Of a stretch of DNA of 64,000 nt, positions 1-13,900 are shown piece after piece; within the stretch, counting starts at the first letter, position 1; the number at the start of each line of letters is the position of its first letter. Below the pieces are notes generated by a model, which was not told where the DNA came from, searched no databases, and saw only the letters and a list, made by a program, of their open reading frames with translations. The stretch comes from Catajapyx aquilonaris (taxonomy: Eukaryota). The position numbers and the translations under genes are program-made. Location: positions 1 through 64,000 of the forward strand of contig JYFJ02001575.1 of the NCBI GenBank assembly GCA_000934665.2, written 5' to 3'.

Positions 1-1970
1 GGGGCTCTGTGAGATGGTAGAACCTGGCCAGGGGACGATGAAAATGTATTATGTAAGGAGAAGGGCAGCGAGACTAATGCAAGCCCCTTTTCCTTGCGAA
101 AACTAGGTTAGGATTCCGGGTGAGTGACGATCGTTAGAAGATTCTGATTCACTTGCTGTCAGGTACAGGGTGTTTCACAATTTTATCCAGATGTTGCTTC
201 TTATACTTTTCAACAAAAAAAGTGAAATTTTCACTATAATTCAGTACAAACTAGCTGATATAAATACCGCTACCTGCTTGATAAAAAAATAACTGACAGT
301 GTCCACTGTGCGTGCATCAAATTGCTCATGCTATGATTTATAGCCTCTTTTTTGGGGGAAGGGTCGAGCAAATAAAGCACACAGATCAAAACCTGGTCTT
401 GTCCACTTTGTAACACTTTTACGGGGACGTAGCAGTTTTTTTTTTTCCAGTTCATGCATGGATAGTGTGGGTGGGTGCTTTCACCACTCATTTCGCTCTT
501 GACAGTTCCAGCTGACAGAAAGGAGTTCGTGTCCATTACCCGAGATCAAACACGTCTCCTGCAATGATATTGCCAGGCCGTGTCTCTTGCACGGGACAAG
601 TTCCAATAACGTCCTCAGGCAACAAAGCGATTATTGGCAGAAATGTCCTGAATATACAGATGTTACATAACTGCTCGTTTACTCTAGCAACCTGGATTGA
701 AGCAAAATGCTACTGGGATAATCCGGTTGCGTGCAATTGTGCTAATGCGCACTGGAAATCGTACATTGTGACCTATCGACCTGTCCAAGGTTGTAAAAAA
801 AATGTTGGCGCACATGCAGACACGTAAGTAGGTTGCATATAAGTTTAAAACGTTTCGTTTGAATATTGCAGTCTGCATGACCTCAACTATTTCTGAAATC
901 TTGGACTCGTTAGACGCAATTGGATTCTGTAAGTAATGCATACAGCACGAAATAATTAACTTGTTTTTTAACCAGCCTAGTGCCCAGCAATCTAAAGATT
1001 TTTTAGAGAAAATTTAAAGCAGTGTTTATATGAAGTTAACACAGTAAATCCTGGTTTTCTGGCTCATTAGGACTAAATGAATTTCTACCACGGATATTTG
1101 CCTGAATCATTACAGATTTTGTGCCGGATTTCCACCCGATGACGTCAGTTGAAGATCCCATTTCGAACCCAGTTATTGAGGATCATGCAACCGTTTCTCC
1201 CAACCCAATAGTTTTGAATATTCCCCATATAGCTCCAGCGCGAATCGAAATGTGGCAAAAATTGGCCCCAGAAATTACACTCCTCTCGACGTTTCCGTTT
1301 GTTTCCAGCACTCATTGTGCTCCTGACAATACAGCCGAACACAGGAAGTAATACTTTTTTCCACTCTTCAATTAGGATCCCCCCAAAAAATTCCAGCCAA
1401 AAAGGAGTGGCATGTATATACCACTCGGCTCGAACATTTGCAATACCAATTTCAACCCCATTCATGCAGCCCCAAAAGATTTGCAGTAGCTTTGGGGCCT
1501 TGCAAATTCCAGCATGGCTCACATATCTGCCCAACCCTTCCGAATATCCGCCCCTAAAATTAAACACAAGATGCGTTTAATCTTGTAAAGCAGAGTGTCT
1601 GGGGACAACTTGACTAATGTCGCCAGCTGAGTCCGCTCGGCTATATATACTGTCAACTTTGAAACTTCGCGATAGTTAGGTTCTGTAATTTTCCCTATCC
1701 CCAGCACCATCCTCCTCCTTTAAAACTTGAGGGCTGACACCTCGCAGACTAAGTTCGACACGGTTAGCTCTAAGAGCCTCACGTTCCTCGTCTCCCTGTA
1801 ATCAAGCAATTAACAGCAATTTGGTGTTAATGGGTAGCAATTAACAAACTGGCGAGGGGGAGAATTTTGTCCCCGAGTTGACCCTGCCAAGATGTCAAAC
1901 TGGAAAGGACGTTTTTTTTGGACTTGTTTTTTAAAATGAAAATGTGATCAATTTGCAATTTTCTTTACAG

Positions 1971-4900
1971 CCATCAAGTTGTCTCAGTGATAAGGAAGAG
2001 GACGAAATCTATGGGTTCGCCGGGTATGGTGTGTACGGAAAGCAGATGTTGGCACGACAACAACAACAGGCCAAGTTGCTAGCGTTGTCACCACAAGGGT
2101 AAGTCGCATATTAACAATATTGAAAAATCAATCCTTTACCTGGCGCCATTTTTGGTCCAGATCGCGAATATTCTCTCTCACGTTTTGTTGTAATCCCGAA
2201 GCTCGTCTCAGGGATTCGGAACCTCGAAAAATCCAATACCATGAGAGAGGATGCCTATTCTTTCATTTCCGCGCTAACATCCCGAATGGAAAGTGCCCCA
2301 TGAAATAGTCATTCGCTGTCTGAATCGGATAGCGGTGCAACAAATATGGCATCAATTTTGGAACGAGGGGGGAAAAAATTGGCGAATCGATACACGTTGC
2401 ATTAAAGATTTTAGTTGGGTAGTTGTAAACAAGGGATATTTTGCGCACTAGCAACTTTTCATTATCGTCAGCTCTACAATAATTATATTACCTCTCCAAG
2501 CCTTACTTTGCATGCGAAAAAGTTAGGACCCGAGAAAAGAATTGCCTCGGGTTCCTTTTTGTAACTTTTCATTAGTATCCTTGCAAGAGACTTAAAGTGG
2601 AGGAGAAAATTTGCCAAAGTGATTGAACCCGAAGGTAATTAAGAAGCTAGCACGTTTCAAACAGACGCGTCCCAATGTGGGTAGCAAACGGAAAAGGCCT
2701 CTTTTTTTACATATAATATATTCTGAAACGGGGGGGGTTTTTCCAGCAAAAGGCTACCTCCCATAAAAGGTCGCCGGCTCATAACATCAGCATCTTAGAA
2801 ATTGGCGTGGTGGGTGGATGGGTGGATCTTCTTCCCCTCTTCTTGAATTCATAATTAAGTGGAACTCGTCGGAGGAAATTAAAGCAAGAAAAGGGATGAT
2901 CCCTCCAGACATGATAACTGGAGAAGAGAAAATGGCAGCCCCCCCCCCCCCCCCCNATTCAGTGAGGGATTTTGGGAGCAATTCAGAACCGGGCTGAGAA
3001 GGACTCGCTAAGCCTTTTGGAACGTTTGGTTTTTGGGGGAAATCGGCGGCCATCTTGGGGGCAGCCATTTTGGAAGGCAATCTTGGGCAGCCATCTTGGG
3101 AATTGTTGAAACACAGCTGATGTGTCACACCTATGTCACACTATGGTATCAATTGAGGATCGAAATCACGTTTTCATCAAGGGCTAGCCAAGATGTGGGG
3201 CGCGGGGATTTTGGGCTAACGAGGGAACCTCCGTTCGGGATAATTTGATTAGTCCTCACCGAGCAGCTTTCGAGGGTGGGGAGAGGCGCTTTTTTGGGGA
3301 GGGGAGGGGAAGGGAGGAAGATGGAGAAAATCCGCTCTCTCTAGAGCTAGACTTCAGATGAGGTTACTGTTTACCCAGAGCGCGAGTCACTCGCGGGCTT
3401 GTTGTGCTTGTATAAATTCATGTCGCGCTTCCTCTATTCAACTTTACCAAAGTGGTGGAGGTGAGGACAAGTCGTGAATTTATTGCCAGCCAGAGAGAGA
3501 GAGAGGGAGGTCACCTTTCATGCTTGATTAGAGGCGTCTTTTTCTATTGTGTTATGTACTAATTGCATTAGTTTTTGGTGGCTGTACAGGGTGTTGAATG
3601 TTGGACCTGGGACAGTTCACCACCCCTATATATGCCTGGTGTACAGAGGCAAGAGGCATTGACACTTCGGAGGCTGCGGGTGGCGCCCGAGAGTTTGATT
3701 TCAATTAGATTAGCTGGAAGCCTGTGCCGACAGACGCATAGACGTGAATGACTCCTGACCACCTTTCCAGTCGAGTTTGAGATGGTTTTCTTACGGGGCT
3801 AATGAGATCGCTCTGCCTTTCCAGCATTAATTACCTTACTTTGTGGGGTGTCTCTACCTCCGACATCAGCTGCCGTCAGATGTGACCTGCCAGGGAGTCA
3901 TAATTATACGCTGAAACCATGCGTGAGCTTCCTCATTATTCAGAGACTATAGGAGAGGACTAGATAGTCCCCATATTTGCAGGTGTGGTTCAGGTTTCCA
4001 GACGTGTACATATAAACAGGACATTTGTCACGTGCTGTCCCGGACCAGGATGAGTTACTGCTTGAACATATGTAAGGGGTTTAATGGAACTTTGAATCAT
4101 TCACGTTAGATCCATTACCATCAGTGATGAGCTGCAGGATGGATGTTGCTGGGGAGGATTTTTTTGGGGGGAACAAGTTTTATGAAGCAGTAAAATCTCA
4201 CTTTCGATGATTAAAAGCAAATTTCAGCACCTATGTTATGTATTAAAATACCTGGCGTGATTGTTGGATCAGTTTTTGCGCTGTTGAACTTCCCAGCGAA
4301 TTTTTTTCCTTGCGAATCATTGTTGCACGAGCTGTTCTTTTGTTCCAAAAAATTGCACATTAGTATTTAGTCTGCGCACAGGAGTACCTGTGGAGGCGGC
4401 AAAATTAGTTACTGATTAACCGAGCACATATTGGGCCACACTTTTTAGGACGGGGGAATAGTTTGGCCCGTAATGCGCATACGCCATGCCTATTCATAAT
4501 AGGAATTGCCTGAAGCATAATGGCCGTAACGATTAATGAATAATTAATGAAACAGCAGCACCTCCCACCCTTCAAAATGACGGGGATGTGCTCAACATTA
4601 GTCCTCCAAAACTTTTCATTTTCCAGCCTGAATCCTCAGGACTCTCTGGATTGGTCCCATAGTCTTGCAAAAAAAATTCCGGGGGGTTTTTTCCAGGAGA
4701 AAAAAAAATTACTCCGGAGCTAAATGGAACCCGGAGTAATAAAGACGCTCGGGTGCATAAAAGTCGCAAACATATGCAAACTACGTTGGAGTTAGAACAG
4801 TTTTCTGCCAATGCTAACTACTAGTGCAGTAGCCCGGATTCTGCTTACGGGCGCTGCGGAGTTAATTTGCAAGCGCCCTGAATACATGTCAACAACTCAT

Positions 4901-7900
4901 TGCCACAGTACGCGAAAAAAAATTCGCACAAGTTTTTTTTTGCGCCAAGTTAATCGAATGATTGCGATTGGAGTTTTTTTTCGCCAGAAGTTTAATCAGG
5001 TTAACGTCTGAAAAATTTTGACTGAATTTAATTACTGTTTCAATGGACACTGGCGGTTATTAGTTCTTTTGATATTACCCGGAGCTGTATCATACGTAAT
5101 TTTGCAGCCGCCCCCCTTTTTTTTCAGCATATCGCGAATTTTTAATGAAAGTGGACAGTGCGCATGTATTAACTTCATTTTTTCCTATGGGGTGGAAATA
5201 ATGTCGCACAAAGTTGTAAGTAAATTTTCCGCGTTTTTTTTTCGCAATGTAAATTCTACACACGACGTCTTCTGACTTCAAAGCAAGCAGAATTTTTTTT
5301 CTTCATTATCTTTCACCATGCTTTTATGTTTTTTTTTGTAGTATCTATATATCCCCCTGGTATATTAACATTCTTGTAATCGGATCGTACTTGCACTGCA
5401 AAATGAAACGAGCTCTTTGAAGTTCTTCGTGCAGAATATAGGCTCAGATTTTATTGAAACAAAGTTCTGTGTAGTTCCAGGGTGGTATTGCGAAACAAGC
5501 GGCATGAGTTTATCTCCCGGCCTCACTTTTTTTTGTCATTTTAATTTCGCGTATCGTTGCGTAAGTTTAGTGGAATAACTTGCGCACAGAAAGTGTATCA
5601 TTTTCTCATAAGTTCTTAAATTTATTTCTGGAAGTTCAGTACGTTGTACAGAGTGCGTTACAGTGTTTTAAAAACATCAGAGTTTCTCCCTCCGAATTTG
5701 GAATTCAAATAAGCTAGTGTAGGTCAAGTATAGAGCAACAGATTGGACGTTATCCTGATGCACTTGCCTTTTTTATGACTTCAACTCTGCCAGCTCGGGG
5801 ACGGATCGTAAAAGAGTTCCTCTCGTGTTTTTTTTTTTTCCTGCTTTCTATAAACTTTAAAATTTAAAGGGACACACCAGTCCTTGCACATGTATAAATA
5901 AGACCCTTCAACATGTCCGAATTAGTCCCCAATTACGTCATGTGATCCTCCAAATGAGTGTGTCCAGAATTTGATTTTGTACCTAGGAAAATCCCCGCCA
6001 CACCATTGTAGGTTAAACTGTTTGCAGAATATATATGCCTTTGGTCTGGGTAATCAGGATGTAAACGATGCATTCTCATCAAGGACGGACATGTGAGTAA
6101 TGAGCTAATGTGTGGGGTGAATGGAAGGGCTTGTTTGTTTCATATTTGCCCGGAATAAGAGGGAAAAACAAAAAAAAATAAATGGGAAAGTTGCTGTTTT
6201 TTTTTTAAAGAAAAGAGAAGACTTTAAAGAGGTAGTACAGTTATTTACGTTTATTCAACAAAAATTGGCTCAAGCATCTTTGTGGCCAAGCACTGTACAT
6301 GGAAAGTAACAGCTACTCGATTTTTTGGCAATTCCGCATGATGGCCCCGCTCAGTTTGACCTGTTCCCCTGAGGTCACCATTATGTTTTAATCAAAACTG
6401 ACTGCATATCTGAATCTAGATTTTTCGCCCCATATTTAGACACCGAACTTGTAGATACGGTCAGGGAGCATATACAACATAAGAGGCGCAAACTTATGTC
6501 GGCGCCTTTGATGTCCGCGTCTCTCTGTTTGGGGCCGTTTCCAAGGCTGGCGGCCATTTTGAAGTGTGGGCAACGCCAACGAGGTATAAATAGGCTATAC
6601 AGGCAAAAATAGGGTCCGCCATCTTTGATGGTTATGGCGGCGGCAAGAACACACGAGAATCAAAGATGGCGGACCCTATTTTTGCCTGTACCCTATTTAT
6701 ACCTCGTTGGCGTTGCCCACACTTCAAAATGGCCTCCAGCCTTGGCAACGGCCCAAAGAGAGAGACGCGGAAATCGAATGTTTCCGCCTCTTATGTAATA
6801 TATGCTCCCTGATACGGATACAGTGTCCCTTGAATAGAGCAGCATCTGAAATCTGTCCCAACATGGCGTCCGCGCGCATTTCGTCTCTTGGCGGCACAGA
6901 ATTTTCAGCATGTGTGACAGCCGTAGAGAGGAGATTGCATGATGGATGTGCGCTGGGTCTATTAGGTCTAATTTTCTAAATACTATTCCCCGCCCCTCCA
7001 ATTTCAAGAGGGGCTATATGAAGCCCCCCACCCCCTTCTCCCTGCAGCGTTATTAGAGGAGGCCGAATTCAGACGGACTATCCATAATAACGCAGAGACA
7101 TTCCGGCTGCTAATTAGGCCCGGCTGGTTTTCGGAGTTGCAAAACTTGTTAGGCGTATTTAAAACTCTCGCCACCTGCAGAGCCCCCTCCAGTATATATA
7201 GAGNGGGAGGGGGGCAACAAGGTATGGGGAAAATTCCCCAATGTAGAAGGTACCGGTAACCATTTTCTTGGCTAGGAAATATGCGAGGTTAGCCTTTCAT
7301 CCGGATCAAACTAGGGTTTTGCGGTGAATCTGGTATAACATAGTAATGTGTCTAAAGCATTTAATGTGTATGAAGAGTATATAGGTAATTATCAAAACCA
7401 GGCTATCTCCTTCAGAAACAGTGCCTATAGGTGACCTTTCCAAATGGAAGGTGGACCAACTGTGAAAATAGTTTAGCCTTTAGTTGATGCCTGTAACTAT
7501 ATAGGAAATGAGGCAGCCTAGTTTTGATAAGGACCTACTCAAGTGCAGTACAGCAAAACCATTTTTTAAAATAAGAAATGAAAGAGCCGAATATAGCTGC
7601 AATAATTGTAAAGAGGTGAATGCTTAATTTTCGGGCGTAACTTTGAAACTTTACACTTGCCGCATTGGAAGATTATCAAAATGTAAATACATGGTAATTG
7701 CAGTACATCGTCTTAACTTTCTGATACTTGGTAGGGAAAATTTAAGCTTTCAAGAGAGAAGTGAAGAAGAAGAAAAAAAAAGTCCTTCATTTTCCTTCTC
7801 GAGACCCCCCCTCCCCGTCTTTTGTGATATTAATGAAGCGGTAGTTGGTTTTATAAATCAGTTAACTGATTTCGACAAGCTTTCGAAAGTTCTACTCCGG

Positions 7901-10900
7901 CCGGAAACTTAATTTTCTTTGCGTCAGCTCCACATTTTGCTGGGTGAATAATACCTGCTCAAATTTTTTTTTAGAAAAAAATATAGTCTTTTCTCTGTTC
8001 GATCACTAGCTTTTGAACCTCTCTATTGTGATACCGCAATGTAGCGAGGCCCAGAAATAATATTGATCTATCGTTTATTTGACAATAGGGTAATTGACTG
8101 GCCAGTAGATAAATGGTCGCTGCACTAATTATTCTCATTACAAGCTGCTGCATTGTCGATAAAAGTGATAGAATCAACGAGTAACTGCCGTGGGACAATT
8201 ACGTTGACATGCTCTTTAGGAAGGTTATAACTCTCAATGTCGAAACACTAACATCAATCATGGATTTTGATTCCGCGCCATACTGCCGCCATTACCCCCA
8301 TTGTTGAGCCCTCAGCCTAACTGTTGGACCATTACTTGCTCTCATACTTAAAAGTCTCTTAACTTTTTTGTAAACGTTGCGGTTTAATGCGTCATTACTT
8401 GTTCTACCAACAGTGAGTTAATTGGTAGTTTGTACCACCTCCAGGTCAGTGCAAAATAATAAACATATCACATCATAAACACAATATAATGAAAACATTT
8501 ACATTGTTGTTATATTTTTACAAAAATGTGAAAGAGAAATTGTAGAAGAAACACACCCATAATTTAATATGTTACAGTGTAGTTTACATAAGCCTTACAG
8601 ATCTGCGGACTTCAATCGCAAAAATACTGTCGCAAAACTCTGCAGTAAATCTCAGGGCGATAACGTCGCTCAAGTCGAATCCTGCCCAAAAGACGAACGC
8701 TGAGAAACTTCCAAGATGCCTGAAAAAAAAAGTCGAAAAAAAATTGAAAGTTTTCCTGCATAAAGGATGATTCCCAAGGGATCCCTCCTCAACCGAATGT
8801 GGGCACGAACATTCCGCACAGCTGGCTTCCTGAATTAGAATGACAGATATTTCCGCGCAGGTTTCCCAAGGTTGAGAGGGGGGCACTTGGAAGCTACACC
8901 AGACATTGCTGTTTGGGTTAGCGAGGAATACCGGGGAATATTGAGCACTTTGTTCTTAGGTTTTTCCCTCAGCATGTAAAGAAGCAGAAACAGAAACTGT
9001 GGACATCTTTTTTGTCATATTAGATATGATTTTCCTTCCATAAATAAGCCTGAATTTACATCGGAAAATACGGTCATTTTTTAAAAAAAATCTATGCATG
9101 TTGCTGAGAGGATCTCTCATCTGCACTGGCGCCCGGTTATTAAATCTGGGGCACCTGATTTATTCACTTTGCAGTACCCGCCTAGCAGGGGTAACCACGG
9201 GGAAAACCCACCCTTTATGACATTTTTCCTTGCCCACTTTTTACGAGCAGTAATCGCCCCCCGCTTCACTGTACACTGTGTGTGGGTGGGGGGAGATGAA
9301 CTTTATAAAAGGATTTAGTGTGTCATTATTTTCCAGAGCGCAAACTTCTCAGCTGCAAGTTATGGCCTACTACGCGTCCGCAGTTATTACGTACTAGGTG
9401 TAAACCGGCATAAAATAATTGCAGTGCAAACGTGTACACCGCTGAGGACACATAAGCTGTCTTGGAATTATTAAAGGGGGGCGGTCTACACTGCACTTGT
9501 ACAGCAGTGGTTTTTCACTCGAAAAAAGTGGAATTGAAATAATTCAGCAAATTGAAATTTGACTTTTTTTGCGATTGACAAAAAAAGTACTTTATTACGT
9601 ATAATTATTATATAAGAAACCATACGATGAAGCTAGCTGTGATTCACAGTATTTTTAAATGTGCTTCTCATACACAGCTGCTGTAATTACGCCTGCTGCA
9701 AAATTTTTGCACTATTCAACCCTCCCAGCTTACTCTGTAGGCCTAACTAACACTACGCCTATTCATCCAGCTTGTAAACGGGCGCTCCCAAACTGTAACT
9801 TTTTTAATTGCATACACTTCAACCCATAATCTGCATGTATGATCCGATAACCCAAAAAATTTTCCCCTTCCCTTAAAAAAAATGCCAGGCTTCTTTTTCA
9901 TGCATGGATGAAACCGTCGCAGCGTAAACACATCTCCAGAGGCTTGTAAAAGGGGGGGATCAGTAGCCGTCTTTCCTAATGGACGGAACAAATAGTGCTA
10001 TCAGAGTATAGTGCAGGAGACAGCCCTAGGCTTGGGCCAAAAAAAAATGGTAGATGCAATGAAGTCGTGGTAATCAGAGCCCCGTGTGCATTATGCATGT
10101 AAAGTTGAAGGCAAAGGAAAATGGTCGTCGTCGTCGTCTACCCCCCTTCTCCGTGTATATGCGCCCAGATTGCGATACCGATTATCTGATTAGTGTTGAA
10201 GAGCACCTGGGAAGGAGTCTTAGTGCAGGCACAAATTGCGTTATATACCCTGATTAAGTGTACGCATGAATTGACGTCTCCCAAGAAGATCGGGCTTCTG
10301 CTCTGAGCCATGCAACCACTTCTGCCACCTCAACTTTCTCTAGGGGGGGTGTTAATGAATTCGGCCCATTAGTCGCGACGGTTTTCTTACTGATTGTTAC
10401 CAGAGTTCGGTTTATGCGGGGAGGGAGAGGTAATTGCGATGGTAATGGAATTGGGAGGCTTCAGGGGGGCGATATATCGCATATTTTGTACGATATTTTG
10501 AAAGTTATCGATTGTTTCAATCTGCAAAATTTCGATATATCGCACGTTAGATCAATATTTGCAATATATTTTGAAAGTATACGTTCAAATCTGAATATTC
10601 GCGATTTTTCATATTTTGAGCTGTATGTACAGTAATTTTTATGCAAATGGATGTGCAAATGTGGGAGGGGTTTCATATAATTGGCAACTTTTTTGGGGGA
10701 GCGTGGGCGGTTACAGCGTGTTTAGTCGTTAATTTGCGTTTTTAGCAGTCGTTTGGTACTTTTTAATGACCTGTTTTTGTGAAGGTGATGTATGTTAAAA
10801 CTCGGGTTCGATGACTTTACTGTGGTTAATAAAAATAGCCGGGTGCACAGAAATATGGCAAACAGATGGATTTTGCAGGCCATAGGTTGAGGCCTATGTG

Positions 10901-13900
10901 GCGTCGTTAAAGCTGCTGTAGCTTTTATGTTGTTGCCTCGTTTGCCTGTTGGAAAGTGCTTCAAATACAAAGCCGCACTTGTACACGTACTAGCTTTGTG
11001 AAAATTGTAGTTGAAATTGTTTAAAGCACGTCGCTAATTACGTTATTCAAAAATTTGCACCAAAATCTTGCATAATTTGCGTTTGCTATAATTAACTACA
11101 TTTTCATGAAGGGAGGAAATTCGAGTAAAATTTGACACCAACGATTGCGATCCAAAATGGAATTTATGTAATTCGAGTAAACGCAGTGCAAAATTTCAAA
11201 CTTGAATCGCTGCCACTACAAGCTCTGAACATATCGATTGCTTATAATTACACCCCCCCCCTCCCAAAAAAAGGCGAGTACCCCCTTTTTTAAACTGAAA
11301 ACACAAGTGCAACGCGAGACGCATACAAACTAGGTCTCCCCCACTTTGTCATGGTGATGACTCTTTCACACCCGATACCTTTCCACTAATTCTAATTAAT
11401 GACTCTCAAAGTGGAACTCATCCAACCCCCCCAATTTTTGATCCCTCCCCATCCCCCCAAAAAATATTCCACCCTGTGAATGCCAATAAGCATTACAAAT
11501 AGCAGGACTTGCAATGCTTTTTTTACTTCTCTCCCAACTGATCCAAAAGTAATTCCGGACCCAGAATCAGTTATAAAACTTTTCCAAGACTTTTTTTCCA
11601 TGCAAACTTGACTCCCGACGGATCCGTAATATGAGTGGTAATGAATACAAATTTGGAGAGCAAGATGAAAATTTCTCTCCGTGAATACACTGGAATGAAT
11701 AAGAAGGAGAGGGGGGTCGGTTTTCTCTCCAGGAGTGAGATAAGGCCCGGAATGTTGATGGTGACTTCGTCATAAGCTTTTGAGGTAGGTGGTAGAGGGG
11801 GGGTGGTGATGAAGAGAAAGGAATCGAGGGCCTTCTACCATCCTCGACGGATGAAAGCCTGATTAATGTTGGCGTCAGAGACGTCAGCTGGATTTTTCAA
11901 TATCGTCTCTTGAGGACTCCGAACGATCCTCTATATATGTGTCTGCAAAACCTCTCCTTGTCGGAAGCGTGCTTGTGGTCTGGGTGTAATTATCAGCTCG
12001 CAACTTCTAGGGTAAATGCCACGACATGCGCGAATTAAAATATGAGTCTGATAAGGGACAATATGACGTTTAGAACTAAAAACGTGTGCCTTATTTTTGG
12101 ATAAAGGACATGTGACGATAGATCACATTTTCACTTTTGCAATTTAAATTCTGATTTTAAGCACCAATTGAGTTGTTTATGAGCATCTCGACTGATCCAC
12201 TGTTTCAGCCATTTTAAATTTTAATGCAAAGCTCACCTTGGAGAAAAACCCAGCGATTTTCTCCAGGACACCTGAGAGCAATTTGTAGGCTGCAATAACG
12301 CTGATTCTGCCGGCAGCTGCGCCATAAACGTCATAGGAAACAAGTGCACAAACGATGCATTAATAATTTCGCAGGCTTCCCCGTCTCCCCTTTTTCCTTC
12401 GACTTCTTTTGTCTTCGGGCTTCCAAAGAAAAAAAAAATCGGATCTTCTTCTTTCCGCCAAACTTGGCCATGTCAGCAATATCTTCTCAGTCAACCTTCT
12501 TTTGTTCCCTCTCTTCTCAGTTTTATATATATAAAAAAACTAAGAGTGGCGGTAGAGCCGAAAGCGGTGATAAGAGTCTTAACAACCCTTGGAGACTTAT
12601 CTGGGTCCAACCGTTTGAGTCATAATGGCCAAGACCTCTTTTGTAATGATGGGCAACCCGGTAATCAGATATTATAATGGAAAATCGATGATTTCCAATC
12701 CAATTTTGAGCGTAAAAAGCACTGGGATTTCTTTACCGTGAGAAACCCAAAATGACTTCACCGAGTTTAATTGTTAGATTTTAATTGTTTGGGAATCTGC
12801 TAGCAGCGGGACTGGGGGTAATTATCATAATAAGCTTTCTGAATTATCCCCCCCCCCCCTCACCGACTTGTTGAGGGATGGCTACTAAGGCGATGTAATT
12901 CATTTCGGTCGGACGTTTACATATTTCATCAAACTCTGCCAGTAATCTTGGGACCCGGTTTTATCGGTTCAAATAGAAATATTCTGTGCATCGATTTTTT
13001 TTGGGGAAGAACCTATGCGCGCCCCCGATGTTTGGATAATATTATTCAAACTGAGTGATTATTATGCGATATGTGCATTTGAACGCGGTTATTCGGTTTA
13101 TAATCGTTGTTGATGCATTTTCATGCATCAATAACGTCCATGCATTGTCAATTTGCACATCCTGTTTATTTCTGCCGCTAAATTCACATCGTTTCCAAAA
13201 AAAAATGGTACTGGTGTACTGCCGAGGTTTATTAAATTGGGCTTGCTGAGTAATGAGCAAATCAACACGCTAAATTAAGACGGGTTTTCGCAAATTACTC
13301 ATGTAGTACGTCAGGTGAGATCCTCTCTAGACAGGTGCATGCACATTTCAAGTACAGGGTGTCTATTTTTTTCCCTCTCCATTTTGAGATCATTTGTCAC
13401 AGTTTGCGTTGAGAGGAAAAAGGTGGCGGATCATACGGACTATCCAAAGTAGTAGAGATCTGGAGGCGTGAAAGAGACTAACTGATGTCCCTGTCTGCAA
13501 GGGTATTTGCACCGGATTTTCGCACGTTGGTTCCTGGTACCGGGCTTATATCAGGGAAATCTCTTGTCCTATTTTGGCAAGATAGGACTCGAGAGGAAGT
13601 CGAAAAAAAAAGACCCGAGTCTTTGCAAAAGTTTTCCACATTTTTTTTTCTAGCGTCTTATAATTTGGCTTGGGAATCGCTTGGGGGGGCCGTTTGAATG
13701 ACATGCTATTCCACTCACTTTCCCCCCCGGATATTTTTATATCCAGTGGGAACAAAAACCGGAGTCGATTTTAAGCCTTTTACTGTTCATTTCGTTCCAA
13801 ACAATTTTTTATGTTTTACAAGTTGTTCAGATCATCCTGTAAGCTAGATGACCGGTTAAACAAGCGAGTCGAAACGGTTGCCTTGAATAGTCAGGATGAC

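Noticed and set aside
1..52. Possible upstream SKIP/SASH exon ending TAT|gtaagg (GLCEMVEPGQGTMKMYY), phase 0
   Set aside because: Phase-compatible, but truncated by the window edge and not similar to the family sequence I recall at this position; cannot be supported.
165..950. TACAGGGTG terminus followed by short ORFs, possible Tc1/mariner remnant
   Set aside because: No matching second TIR and no recognisable DDE motif.
2957..2957. Ambiguous base n (another at 7204)
   Set aside because: Adjacent to C/G homopolymer runs; sequencing uncertainty, not biology.
13843..13880. Hammerhead-like string CTAGATGACC...GTCGAAACGG
   Set aside because: The core CUGANGA is broken, and no stems I/III or cleavage triplet could be built.
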